64,000 nucleotides of DNA from an uncultured Lachnospiraceae bacterium. Its GTDB lineage: Bacteria; Bacillota; Clostridia; Lachnospirales; Lachnospiraceae. A model generated the notes under the pieces. That model did no database searches, was not told the origin of the DNA, and was given only the letters and a program-made list of their open reading frames with translations. Both the position numbers and the translations under genes were made by a program. The stretch lies in assembly GCA_902789175.1 (NCBI GenBank), contig CADANF010000010.1:11466-75465 (forward strand), read 5' to 3'. Each line of letters opens with the position of its first letter. Position 1 is the stretch's first letter. Of this stretch, positions 30,470-40,435 are shown piece after piece.

Positions 30470-31531
30470 ATGACTAAGAAGAATTTATGCGTTTTATTTG
30501 GTGGTTGTTCATCAGAGCATGAAGTATCATGCGTATCTGCTGCAACAGTAGTAAAAGCTCTTGATAAGGATAAATATGATATTACCCTTATTGGAATTAC
30601 TAAAGAAGGACATTGGCTCTATACTGATTCAGTTGAAAAGATTGAGGATGGAAGCTGGAAAAAAAGTAATGTAAGAGCAGTTATTTCTCCAGATACAGAT
30701 CATAAGATAATTCTTTCAAGCAATGGAAATCTGATAGAAGAAAGAAAGATTGATGTGGCTTTTCCGGTGCTTCATGGACTTTGGGGCGAAGATGGAACTA
30801 TTCAGGGCCTTTTCGAGATGGCACATCTTCCATACGTTGGATGCGGACATCTTTCATCAGCTGTAACTATGGATAAGTTCTTTACAAAGGTTATTGCTGA
30901 TTCATGTGGCGTAGCTCAGGCAAAGTACACAGCAGTTAAGAAATATCAGTTAAAGAATATGGATAAGGTGGTTGAAAGGGTTGAAAGTGAAAGAGAATAT
31001 CCTGTATTTATCAAGCCTTCAAATGCCGGTTCATCAACTGGTGTAACAAAAGCTCATAATAGAGAAGAACTTATAAATGGACTGTATAAGGCGGCAGAGA
31101 TAGATGCTAAGATCCTGGTTGAAGAAACTATTACAGGCAGAGAAATTGAATGTGCTGTATATGGGCATGATGATAATGTATTTGCTACAGGCGTAGGTGA
31201 GATTCTTGCAGCGGCTGAATTCTATGATTATGATGCCAAGTATAATAATGCAGAGTCAAAGACTGTTCTTGATCCTGATATTCCTGCTGAAAAACTTGAA
31301 GAGATCCAGAAGATGGCGATAAAGATATTTAAAGCTTGTGATGGATTTGGTTTTTCGAGAGTAGATTTCTTCCTTGAGAAAGATACAGACCGTGTTGTAT
31401 TTAATGAGATCAATACAATTCCTGGCCATACAGCTATAAGCATGTATCCTATGCTTATGAAGCGTGCAGGCCATGAAATGAAAGATTATTTAGAAGGTCT
31501 TATTGAAATGGCCTTCGAGCGACATGAATAA
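30470..31531 (+). CDS. ddl: D-alanine-D-alanine ligase
   Basis: FGGCSSEHEVS, LHGLWGEDG, GSS and NEINTIPG motifs. Start moved to ATG 30470 by RBS position. Confidence 0.96.
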   Translation: MTKKNLCVLFGGCSSEHEVSCVSAATVVKALDKDKYDITLIGITKEGHWLYTDSVEKIEDGSWKKSNVRAVISPDTDHKIILSSNGNLIEERKIDVAFPVLHGLWGEDGTIQGLFEMAHLPYVGCGHLSSAVTMDKFFTKVIADSCGVAQAKYTAVKKYQLKNMDKVVERVESEREYPVFIKPSNAGSSTGVTKAHNREELINGLYKAAEIDAKILVEETITGREIECAVYGHDDNVFATGVGEILAAAEFYDYDAKYNNAESKTVLDPDIPAEKLEEIQKMAIKIFKACDGFGFSRVDFFLEKDTDRVVFNEINTIPGHTAISMYPMLMKRAGHEMKDYLEGLIEMAFERHE

Positions 31532-32307
31532 TATATAAAAAATATAAGAGATGCACCGCTTAAAAAGATAATGGCGGTGCATTTTTTTTGACCCTGATAA
31601 AATGATGCAGGGATAAAAAATGAACTTACATTTACAGCCATATGAAGTATTATGGCAGGCAGGAGATTTTTATATCTGTAGCAGACTGCCCCGAGTAATA
31701 AGCCGGTAAAAAAAGCATATGTTCCCTGAACTAAATTCAGGTGATACAACCCAAAGGCTATGGCCTGAAATATTATAGCGGGCTTTGTACCGACGGCTTC
31801 TATCTGATAACAAAATGTAACTCCGCGAAAAGTGAGCTCTTCAGCGATAGGAGCAAGGATTATAACGGAGAATATGGTAAGATAAGAAGTTTTACTTCCT
31901 TTAAGGGAATTGATAATCTCATTATAGGATTTAAAGAAATCAGGAAAATGTGACATTAAGATGCTGAGAACAGCTGAAACAAAAAGCTGAAGTAATACGC
32001 CTGTAATGATAAGTGAGAAAAGGATCATTACAATCTTTTTCTTTGTGATTATTGTATTTTCTTCCTTTTTATACAGGTCATAGAATCTATACTTATACCA
32101 TACAGCAAAGATAATGAGTAGAATTGTGAATCTTATGATATTAAAAAAGCCTTCGTTTACGAACAATCCATCACTTGCGGCAGTTGTGCTGCCGCCGGTG
32201 ATAAATGTCATAAAGAAAGCTGCAAAATAAGCTATATAGTATATTATGAAAGTTATGACCAAAGGGAGAAAAGATATTAATAACTTTTTTTTATTATATT
32301 TCTCCAT
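31486..32307 (-). CDS. CPBP (CAAX protease-like, Abi) intramembrane metalloprotease
   Basis: APIAEELTFRG, FGLYH and ILHMAVN motifs. Confidence 0.88.
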   Translation of the reverse strand: MEKYNKKKLLISFLPLVITFIIYYIAYFAAFFMTFITGGSTTAASDGLFVNEGFFNIIRFTILLIIFAVWYKYRFYDLYKKEENTIITKKKIVMILFSLIITGVLLQLFVSAVLSILMSHFPDFFKSYNEIINSLKGSKTSYLTIFSVIILAPIAEELTFRGVTFCYQIEAVGTKPAIIFQAIAFGLYHLNLVQGTYAFFTGLLLGAVCYRYKNLLPAIILHMAVNVSSFFIPASFYQGQKKCTAIIFLSGASLIFFIYYSCRSKAISIRPSK

Positions 32308-32318
32308 AAGGTGCCTCT

Positions 32319-32903
32319 TTATTTCATAAGTTTCTTTTCAATCTCGCGATTTTTCTTTTCTTTTTCTTTGTTGGCTTTTTCAGCTGCCTTAAGTTTTCTT
32401 CTTTCTGTTTCAGCAGCAAGCTCCTTCTGATACTGAGCCTGGCGAGCGATCATCTTTTCACGGAATGACTTTTTCTTCTTCTTGCCAGATTCTTCAGCTT
32501 CCTGCATCTTCTTCTTAGTGCTCTTATGAAGTGTCTTAACACCAACAAGATAGATTCCGCTTACCATGGCTTTTACTTCGCCGTGCTGAGGAACATCAGC
32601 AAAAATAGCTTCGTCGCAGATGAGTGTTACAAGCTGTGGACCAACTTTAGCCTTAACAACAGGGACTTTAGATTTCTGATATTTCTTAGGCATCTGATCC
32701 ATAACGATCTTAGGAAGCTTGGCGTCCTTGATCGGCATGATTTTTTTATCAATGATAAACATTGATGTCTGCTGAGCTGCGGCGTTGATCTCTTCTTTTT
32801 GTGCCATCTGTTTCTTTTGTAATTTGTTTCCGAATATGTAAAGAGCTACCATTATAACAAGTAGTACTCCGATTACAATTCCGATGATAATTAATGGGTT
32901 CAT
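32319..32903 (-). CDS. Hypothetical membrane-anchored basic protein
   Basis: N-terminal TM helix and Lys-rich C-terminus. Tightly spaced within the operon. Confidence 0.75.
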   Translation of the reverse strand: MNPLIIIGIVIGVLLVIMVALYIFGNKLQKKQMAQKEEINAAAQQTSMFIIDKKIMPIKDAKLPKIVMDQMPKKYQKSKVPVVKAKVGPQLVTLICDEAIFADVPQHGEVKAMVSGIYLVGVKTLHKSTKKKMQEAEESGKKKKKSFREKMIARQAQYQKELAAETERRKLKAAEKANKEKEKKNREIEKKLMK

Positions 32904-32904
32904 T

Positions 32905-33639
32905 TTAATCCTCCGATTCTTTATTTAAGTTATCTAACATAGCCTGAATCTTATCAGGAATAGATTCGTAAAATTCTTTTCGTTCCTTAGGATCCATTCT
33001 GCTTGGATAATATGGTTTGGAGAATTCCACTGTAACGTGGCGGCTCCTTATCATATGGAACTTGTTTGCTTCAAAAATGGTATCAAAACCTGTAAGTGCC
33101 GTAAGCACCATAGGACTGTCGGATTTCTCTGCAATCCTGTATCCTCCGGCTTTAAATGGCAGGAGTTCATCTTTGTGATTTCTCGTGCCTTCAGGATAAA
33201 GTCCGATTGAAAGTCCTTCCTTCATGTTGTTTATACCCTGATTGATAGTATCTAAGCCAGCTCTTACATTTTTTCTGTCAAGAAAGAGACAACCTATATC
33301 TTTCATATAGAGAGGAAAGATTGGGGCCTTCTGAAACTCCTTCTTTGCAACAAATCCTATAGGGCGTTTAACAAGAGTCTGCATTATGATTATGTCAAAA
33401 TAGCTCCTGTGATTTGCAATATATAGGGCTGCGCTGTCGGGAAGGTTTTCCTCACCTTTTACTGTGACCTTGGTGCCGGCTAAAAACATTATGCCTTTAA
33501 AATATCCGCGGACATAACTGTGAGCCTTTTGCCATGATTTAAGAGGGTTTTTCTTAAATAAAATGACAAAATATAAATGCACCGGTAATGATAATATCAT
33601 ACCAATGACAGCATATAAACCAATAATTATTAATCTCAT
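32905..33639 (-). CDS. plsC: 1-acyl-sn-glycerol-3-phosphate acyltransferase
   Basis: NHRSYFD and YPEGTRN motifs. Confidence 0.92.
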   Translation of the reverse strand: MRLIIIGLYAVIGMILSLPVHLYFVILFKKNPLKSWQKAHSYVRGYFKGIMFLAGTKVTVKGEENLPDSAALYIANHRSYFDIIIMQTLVKRPIGFVAKKEFQKAPIFPLYMKDIGCLFLDRKNVRAGLDTINQGINNMKEGLSIGLYPEGTRNHKDELLPFKAGGYRIAEKSDSPMVLTALTGFDTIFEANKFHMIRSRHVTVEFSKPYYPSRMDPKERKEFYESIPDKIQAMLDNLNKESED

Positions 33640-33642
33640 ATT

Positions 33643-35166
33643 TTACCTTCCATATAGTTTTGTTGTTTCATATAATCGGCGTGATAGTTCATTGCTAAGC
33701 GCATCTTCTTTATATCTCCAGCACCAGTTACCATGGCATGCACCAGGAGTATTATAACGCGCCCAGGAATCAAGGGAAAGTACATCTTGAAGTGGGACAA
33801 TGGCTATTTTGGCAACACTGCCAAAAGCTGCTCTTATCATGACCCAGCTTACATCTGAGGCATCAGTACTGTAATATCTCCTTAATTTATCACGGGATGT
33901 TTCGTATGTATGTTTATACCAGCCAAGAGAAGTGTCATTATCATGAGTTCCGGTATAGCATACACAGTCCTTTATATGGTTATGTGGCATGAATGTATTA
34001 TCATTTGGTTCTTCAAATGCAAACTGTAAGACCCTCATGCCAGGAAAATTATACTTTTCACAAAGATCGCTGACCTCCTTTTCCGGATGGCCTAAATCTT
34101 CAGCAATGACTGGAAGAGGATGTCCGAGGTTCATCTCTATAGTAGAAATTATCTCTCCTCCCGGAGCACTGTACCAGGAACCACTGCGCGCTACGTCACT
34201 GCCGTAAGGGACACCCCAGCATCTGACAAAGCCTCTGAAATGATCTATCCGAAGATGATCATAGAGTTTTAAGTGGTGGCGGAATCGTCTTTCCCACCAA
34301 TTGTAACCGGTTTTTGTATGTTCATCCCAGTTATAAAGAGGATTTCCCCATAACTGACCGTCCTGAGAGAAATAATCAGGAGGGACACCGGCAACAACGG
34401 TTGGATACCCTTTTGTATCAAGCATAAAAAGGCTTTGATAGTTCCAGACATCAACGCTGTCCCAACCAATATAAAAAGGTATATCACCAATTATATCAAT
34501 TCCGTTGTTATTTGCATATTCTTTTAGTTTTTTCCATTCAATATAGAAAAGAAACTGGATGAAATTGTAATATTCAATTTCATTTTTTAACTTATTTTTC
34601 CATCTGGTTTTTTCTTTTTCGGATGGATTCTTAATGCAGTCATCCCAAAGATACCAGGGCTTTTTATCATGGAAGTCTTTAATTGCCATAAAAAGACTAT
34701 AATCCATGAGCCATTCAGAAGAATTTTTAAAATCTTCATATTCCTTCATCAGATCAGGATCTGACGAGAAAAGATCTTTATAATTCTTATCGATAAAACG
34801 TTTAAAAGCAGTTCTTAAAAGAAAGGTTTTAAACAAGGTAGCATTTCCATAATCGATATTTTCAGGATTCCATGGTGGCATTCCTTCAAAATCTTTATCC
34901 GAAAGAAGGGATAAGTCCCGAAGGTGATCCGGACTTATCAGATAAGGGTTTCCGGCAAAAGCTGAACTTGTCTGATAAGGGGAATCGGCAAATCCCGTAG
35001 GACCTAATGGAAGAACTTCCCAAAGCTTTATGTTGCTGAGCTTTAGAAAATCAATAAATCTGTAGGCGTTTGGGCCTAGATCTCCAATTCCATAAGGTCC
35101 AGGAAATGATGTAGGGTGAAGAAGTATTCCGGCACAACGATAATTTGTGCCATTTGGTATTTCCAA
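33643..35166 (-). CDS. malQ: 4-alpha-glucanotransferase (GH77)
   Basis: GILLHPTS, GVPPDYFS..GQLWGNP, LRIDHFRG, AEDLG, YTGTHDN. Confidence 0.97.
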   Translation of the reverse strand: MEIPNGTNYRCAGILLHPTSFPGPYGIGDLGPNAYRFIDFLKLSNIKLWEVLPLGPTGFADSPYQTSSAFAGNPYLISPDHLRDLSLLSDKDFEGMPPWNPENIDYGNATLFKTFLLRTAFKRFIDKNYKDLFSSDPDLMKEYEDFKNSSEWLMDYSLFMAIKDFHDKKPWYLWDDCIKNPSEKEKTRWKNKLKNEIEYYNFIQFLFYIEWKKLKEYANNNGIDIIGDIPFYIGWDSVDVWNYQSLFMLDTKGYPTVVAGVPPDYFSQDGQLWGNPLYNWDEHTKTGYNWWERRFRHHLKLYDHLRIDHFRGFVRCWGVPYGSDVARSGSWYSAPGGEIISTIEMNLGHPLPVIAEDLGHPEKEVSDLCEKYNFPGMRVLQFAFEEPNDNTFMPHNHIKDCVCYTGTHDNDTSLGWYKHTYETSRDKLRRYYSTDASDVSWVMIRAAFGSVAKIAIVPLQDVLSLDSWARYNTPGACHGNWCWRYKEDALSNELSRRLYETTKLYGR

Positions 35167-35190
35167 TTTTCTTCCCTCCGTAAATTTATA

Positions 35191-36378
35191 TTATTTAAAC
35201 ATCAAAAAAAGCTTTTTGAATAAAGGTATAGATCTTTCAACTGTCTCTGTTGGAACACAGTAAGAAATTCTTACATAACCAGGGCAGGCAAAAGAATCAC
35301 CAGGAACTATGATAAGTCCAAGTTCTTTTGCTGCTGTCCAGCAGAATTCGTTGGCATCATCGATAGGTGCCTTAGGGAACATGTAGAAGGTTCCGTTAGG
35401 TTTTACTATATCATAACCTATTTCAGTAAGTGCAGTGTATAGCAGTTCTGCATTCTTTTCATAAATTGAAAGATCTGCAGTCATATCGATAACTTTTTCG
35501 ATGGCAAACTGCATTATAGAAGAAGGACAGTTATGACCTGTAAATCTTGAAATCTGACCACACATAGGTACGATCTTTTCTGCATCTTTTGCCTTTGGAT
35601 TTACAGCAAGATAACCGATACGTTCACCTGGAAGTGAGAGTGATTTACTGAAGGAGTAACACATTATAGAATTGTCATAATGTGCTGAAACAAATGGAGA
35701 ATCAGTTCCTTTAAATACTATCTCACGATATGGTTCGTCAGTTATAAGAAAAATCTCATGTCCATATTCTTCCTGCTTTTTATAAAGTATTGAAGCAAGT
35801 TTATCGATTGTTTCTGTTGTATATACGATACCTGAAGGGTTGTTAGGTGAATTGATAAGTACAGCATGAACATTTGGATTAAGAAGTTCTTCGAATTTCT
35901 CAAAATTAATCTGGAATCCATTTAGATCCGCTGGAACTACACTTAATTTTGCGCCGGTACCTGTAACATATGGAATATATTCAGGAAAATATGGGGCAAA
36001 TGTAATCACCTCATCTCCGGGTTTTGTAACTGCACGAAGGGCGTGACTAAGTGCGCCGGCAGCTCCTGAAGTAGGAAATATCATTTCAGGTGTATAATTC
36101 ATGCCAAATCTTCTATTTAAAGAATCGGCAATTATTTTTTTGGTTGTTGGCTGACCGAGAGTTGGGCTGTAGCCGTGAAGAACTACCGGGTCAACGGTAC
36201 TAAGAAGATCAGTCATTGCATCTGTTAGAGTCTGTGGAGCTGGGACAGATGGGTTACCGATTGAAAAATTAAGCACACTATCGCTTCCAAGCTCTGCAGC
36301 GCGCTTTCTGCTGTAATCAAAAAACTGCCTGATGACTGATTCCTTTCCAGTCATCTCTTTGTAGAATTCATTTATCAT
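35191..36378 (-). CDS. PLP-dependent class I/II aminotransferase
   Basis: NSPNNPSG, DEPY and SFSKSLSLPGERIG motifs. Confidence 0.92.
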   Translation of the reverse strand: MINEFYKEMTGKESVIRQFFDYSRKRAAELGSDSVLNFSIGNPSVPAPQTLTDAMTDLLSTVDPVVLHGYSPTLGQPTTKKIIADSLNRRFGMNYTPEMIFPTSGAAGALSHALRAVTKPGDEVITFAPYFPEYIPYVTGTGAKLSVVPADLNGFQINFEKFEELLNPNVHAVLINSPNNPSGIVYTTETIDKLASILYKKQEEYGHEIFLITDEPYREIVFKGTDSPFVSAHYDNSIMCYSFSKSLSLPGERIGYLAVNPKAKDAEKIVPMCGQISRFTGHNCPSSIMQFAIEKVIDMTADLSIYEKNAELLYTALTEIGYDIVKPNGTFYMFPKAPIDDANEFCWTAAKELGLIIVPGDSFACPGYVRISYCVPTETVERSIPLFKKLFLMFK

Positions 36379-36475
36379 GACTGCCTCCCAAAAAGATGTT
36401 CTTTACATTTAATATCAACCTCAATTATTATAAGGTAGTGAGTTAAAAAAAACAACAGATTAGAAGGATATATAT

Positions 36476-37249
36476 ATGAAGATTTTTGATTCTCATGCCC
36501 ATTATGATGATGAGGCTTTTGGTAAAGATAGATATGAACTGATAGAGAAACTGAAAAGTGAAAATGTGGCTTGCATAACCAATATTGGTTCTTCAATGGA
36601 GACATCAAGATCAAGTATTGCCTTAGCAAAGAAATATGAGCATATTTATGCAGCTATAGGAGTTCATCCCTCAGAATGTGAAGATATGACTGAAGATGAT
36701 CTGGAAGAATTAAGGAAAATGTCTGAATATGAAAAGGCAGTTGCCATTGGTGAGATAGGGCTGGATCATTATTATCCTGAACCAGGAAAGGAACTTCAGG
36801 AGATATGGTTTAGAAAACAGCTTAGACTGGCAAAAGAACTGGATCTTCCGGTAGTGATACATTCCAGAGACGCAGCAGAAGATACCGTCAGGGTAATGAA
36901 AGAGGAAAATGCTCAGGATATGGGTGGAGTAGTTCATTGTTATTCATACTCGGCAGAACTTGCAAAGGTATTCCTTAATATGGGATTTTATATCGGTGTA
37001 GGCGGAGTGATAACATTTAAGAATGGAAGAAAACTTCTGGAAACAGTTGAGTTGACGCCTCTTGATAGAATCGTGGTAGAAACCGACTGTCCTTATCTTT
37101 CCCCGGTTCCTTTAAGAGGAAAGAGAAATGATTCAGGAAATCTTAAGTTTGTTATCAGTAAATTAGCAGAGATAAAGGGTGTCACAGAAGAAAAGATTGC
37201 AGAGGCAACATATGAAAATGCCTGCAGGCTGTATAGAATAAATAAGTAA
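36476..37249 (+). CDS. tatD: TatD family nuclease
   Basis: DSHAH, GEIGLD, IHSR, HCYS and ETDCPYL motifs. Confidence 0.95.
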   Translation: MKIFDSHAHYDDEAFGKDRYELIEKLKSENVACITNIGSSMETSRSSIALAKKYEHIYAAIGVHPSECEDMTEDDLEELRKMSEYEKAVAIGEIGLDHYYPEPGKELQEIWFRKQLRLAKELDLPVVIHSRDAAEDTVRVMKEENAQDMGGVVHCYSYSAELAKVFLNMGFYIGVGGVITFKNGRKLLETVELTPLDRIVVETDCPYLSPVPLRGKRNDSGNLKFVISKLAEIKGVTEEKIAEATYENACRLYRINK

Positions 37250-37267
37250 CATTTCAGGAGAAAAATA

Positions 37268-38140
37268 TTGTCAGATATAATACTTAGTTCTGAGGAAAAA
37301 CTCAGTAATCCAAAGAAAACTATTGAAACAATTAAAAAATATAACTTCAATTTTCAGAAGAGGTTTGGACAGAACTTTCTTATAGACAGCCATGTTATCG
37401 ATAAGATAATAAAAGCTGCTGATATCAAAAAGACAGATACAGTTATAGAGATAGGACCTGGTATAGGAACCATGACTCAGTATCTGGCAGAGAGTGCAGG
37501 TAAAGTATTTGCAGTAGAGATAGATGAAAAACTGCTGCCAATCCTTGCGGATACACTTAGTCCTTATGATAATGTGACAGTCATAAATAAAGATATCTTA
37601 AAGACAGATATCGAAAGCCTTGCAGGACCTGGAGTTGTGGTAAAGATAGTTGCAAATCTGCCATATTACATTACCACTCCTATCATTATGGGACTATTTG
37701 AAAATCATGTACCGGCAGAGTCAATAACAGTAATGGTTCAAAAAGAGGTAGCGGACAGAATGGCTGCTTCTCCCGGAACTAAGGATTATGGTGCTCTTTC
37801 ACTGGCAGTCCAATATTATGCAGATACTTATCTTGCGGCAAATGTTCCGCCAAACTGTTTCATGCCAAGACCGGGGGTGGAATCTGCTGTTATAAGATTG
37901 ACAAGGCATAAGGAAATGAAGGTCAGGGTTTCCGACGAGAAAAAGATGTTTAAGCTTATAAGAGCAAGTTTTGGTGAACGAAGAAAGACTCTTGCAAATG
38001 GAATAAAGAATTCACCTGAATTGTCTTATTCAAGAGAAGAAGTTGAGAAAGCACTTACTGATATGGGACTTGATACAAGAGTCAGAGGTGAGACCTTAAG
38101 CCTTCTTCAATTTGCTGAGTTATCTGAAAGACTTAGATAA
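37268..38140 (+). CDS. rsmA: 16S rRNA m6,2A dimethyltransferase
   Basis: FGQNFL, EIGPGIG and VANLPYYIT motifs. Confidence 0.97.
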   Translation: MSDIILSSEEKLSNPKKTIETIKKYNFNFQKRFGQNFLIDSHVIDKIIKAADIKKTDTVIEIGPGIGTMTQYLAESAGKVFAVEIDEKLLPILADTLSPYDNVTVINKDILKTDIESLAGPGVVVKIVANLPYYITTPIIMGLFENHVPAESITVMVQKEVADRMAASPGTKDYGALSLAVQYYADTYLAANVPPNCFMPRPGVESAVIRLTRHKEMKVRVSDEKKMFKLIRASFGERRKTLANGIKNSPELSYSREEVEKALTDMGLDTRVRGETLSLLQFAELSERLR

Positions 38141-38159
38141 AAGAGATCAGGAGTTTAGT

Positions 38160-38648
38160 GTGACAGAGGACGAAAAATATATGAAACAGGCTCTGTTTCA
38201 GGCAAAGAAAGCCTTTGAAGCAGGAGATGTACCTATTGGATGTGTTATAGTTAAAGATGATAAGGTAATAGCCAGAGGATATAACAAGAGAAATAAGAAG
38301 AATCTTTCTCTTGCACATGCTGAGATATCTGCCATAAAAAAAGCTTCGAAGGTAGTAGGAGACTGGAGACTTGAAGACTGTACTCTTTATGTTACACTTG
38401 AGCCATGTCAGATGTGTGCCGGAGCTATTGTTCAGGCGAGGATTCCTAAGGTGGTGATAGGAGCCATGAATCCTAAAGCCGGATGTGCAGGGTCCATAAT
38501 AAATCTTTTGGATATGCCTCAGTTTAATCATCAGGTTAAAGTAGAAAAAGGTGTCTTAGAAGAAGAAGCTTCTAAAATGCTAAAAAACTTCTTTGCAAGT
38601 CTCAGGATAAAGAAGAATAAATCGGGAAATAAAACACTGCTTGACTAA
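38160..38648 (+). CDS. tadA: tRNA adenosine(34) deaminase
   Basis: AHAE and LEPCQMC motifs. AGGAG RBS favours GTG 38160 over TTG 38112. Confidence 0.93.
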   Translation: MTEDEKYMKQALFQAKKAFEAGDVPIGCVIVKDDKVIARGYNKRNKKNLSLAHAEISAIKKASKVVGDWRLEDCTLYVTLEPCQMCAGAIVQARIPKVVIGAMNPKAGCAGSIINLLDMPQFNHQVKVEKGVLEEEASKMLKNFFASLRIKKNKSGNKTLLD

Positions 38649-38669
38649 CATTTTAGACTCGGATATACT
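38641..38669 (+). promoter_or_regulatory. Sigma-A promoter of the SRP RNA
   Basis: TTGACT-17 bp-TATACT. Confidence 0.8.
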
Positions 38670-38676
38670 AGTAATA

Positions 38677-38940
38677 CCGCACAGCCGGGGAGTTAGCGGT
38701 GCCCTGTACCTGCAATCCGCTATAGCAGGGGTGTTGGTTGGCCTAGGATCGTTTCTCGTAGGGCTGCCCTCGAAAAGTGATGTTGATATCTGGGTCTTGC
38801 GCGACAGGAATCTGTGAACCGTGTCAGGTTGGGAACAAAGCAGCACTAAGCAGAACCTCTCTGTGTGCCGCGAGGTAGCCTGGGTTGAGTTAACTATCTT
38901 GGTAACGCCTATCTGAACCCTACAAAGCTGACCGTGCGGT
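38677..38940 (+). ncRNA. ffs: Signal recognition particle RNA, large (Bacillus-type) form
   Basis: Alu-like 5' part (GGGGAGTTAGCGGTGCCCTGTACCTGCAATCCGC), helix-8 TCAGGT-TG-GGAA-CA-AAGCAGC, terminal CCGCAC/GTGCGG pairing, and the usual position after tadA. Confidence 0.93.
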
Positions 38941-39185
38941 ATAATTATGTCTATTTTTATGATTTGTTATTATTTCGTAAAATATTAGCTGTGTTCCAAG
39001 AAATTTTCCTTAAAAAAACAAAATTACATATACATTATTAACAAATTTAAAAATGTTTATAGATATTTTTATTAGAAAGTGATATCATACATTAGATAGA
39101 ATGTTAGCACTAGATACAAAATTAGGATATGATATTTGTAGTTAGTGCTTAATTGTAGTTATGACGCTTAGGAGCCTTAGAAAAA

Positions 39186-39776
39186 ATGAATTACTCAGAA
39201 GTAATTGATTTCGTAAAAGAGAAGCTTGCGACCACAACAAGATCGGATAATTATCCGTTCCGCAATCGCTTCGAACATACAATGCGCGTCTATAGATGGG
39301 CGATAAGACTTCAGGCTAAACTTGGTGGGGATCTAGATGTTATTGTTCTTGCTGCATTATTACATGATGTGGGTTGGGAAGACGGAAGACCACATGGAGA
39401 AGTTAGTGCTGAGATAGCTGTTGAATACCTGGATAGCATAGGTATTGATTCAGAAACTATCACAAAAGTCGGTGAGATCATTATGATCCATAGTGATAAA
39501 GATACGGAGAAGAATCTTTCACTTGAATGCAGGATTGTAATGGATGCAGACCTTCTTGATGAAGTCGGTGCGATAGGCATTATGTGGGATTGTATGGCAA
39601 CTGCCATACAGGATGAGCCTAATTATAAGAAGGCTTATTACAGGATCAAAGAATACTATCGTCAGAACAAGCCTAAGATAAAGAGATGTAAGACTGATGC
39701 AGGCAGGACAGAATTCTCAAGACGTATGCAGACCATAGAGAATTATATATATCAGCTTGAGCGGGAACTCTTCTAA
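39186..39776 (+). CDS. HD domain protein
   Basis: RFEHT, LLHDVG, H...DADLLD motifs. Confidence 0.88.
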   Translation: MNYSEVIDFVKEKLATTTRSDNYPFRNRFEHTMRVYRWAIRLQAKLGGDLDVIVLAALLHDVGWEDGRPHGEVSAEIAVEYLDSIGIDSETITKVGEIIMIHSDKDTEKNLSLECRIVMDADLLDEVGAIGIMWDCMATAIQDEPNYKKAYYRIKEYYRQNKPKIKRCKTDAGRTEFSRRMQTIENYIYQLERELF

Positions 39777-39837
39777 TTTTTGAGGGGCTGCTCAGGCTAG
39801 ATGTGTTTATATAATCAATAATGAGAGGTAGAAAAAA

Positions 39838-40350
39838 ATGATTAATAAAATATTCAGAGTTATAATCGGTATTATAATAATATGTGTTGTTGTCTTCGGT
39901 ATATATATGATTCTTCCGGGACAGTACAAAGGCCCTCTTCGTCAGGTGTTTCAGGAAGCTGTAGATAAAGATGCAAAAGCTCTTGCTGATGAATATAGAA
40001 ATGCGCAGGTTCCAAAGCATAAGGGCATAACATTTGATCAGATGATGGTTGCAGCAAGTGCAAACCCATCATGGTATGTAAAGACAATTTCAGAAGAGCC
40101 TGATAAAGTTACAGGTGAATATGAAGTTCAGGTTGATGGTTATAAGGTTACACTTGAGATGCCTCATGAGAATGGACAGTCAAACAGTGTTGTATATGTA
40201 AATTCACATGTAAGAATTGTATTCCATGCTTCAAGAGCAGCAGATGGAAAGCTCACAACATCATCATGGCAGGTATTTATTGATGATACAGAGCAGGATG
40301 ATTTCTACAAGCAGGCTGTATGCGATGATATGTGCGATTCAGTAAAATAA
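39838..40350 (+). CDS. Hypothetical membrane-anchored protein
   Basis: N-terminal TM segment, RBS GAGG, followed by a terminator. Confidence 0.7.
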   Translation: MINKIFRVIIGIIIICVVVFGIYMILPGQYKGPLRQVFQEAVDKDAKALADEYRNAQVPKHKGITFDQMMVAASANPSWYVKTISEEPDKVTGEYEVQVDGYKVTLEMPHENGQSNSVVYVNSHVRIVFHASRAADGKLTTSSWQVFIDDTEQDDFYKQAVCDDMCDSVK

Positions 40351-40351
40351 G

Positions 40352-40383
40352 AAAAGACTCAGCGAGAGCTGAGTCTTTTTTTG
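40352..40383. terminator. Bidirectional terminator
   Basis: AAAAGACTCAGC-GAGA-GCTGAGTCTTTT. Confidence 0.8.
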
Positions 40384-40435
40384 AAGTATATATTAATATA
40401 CATGGATATCTGGTACGGCTTTTTATCCATATATA

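Noticed and set aside
39104-39151. CIRCE (HrcA operator)
   Set aside because: Half-sites are imperfect and separated by 32 bp instead of 9, and the downstream gene is not a chaperone.
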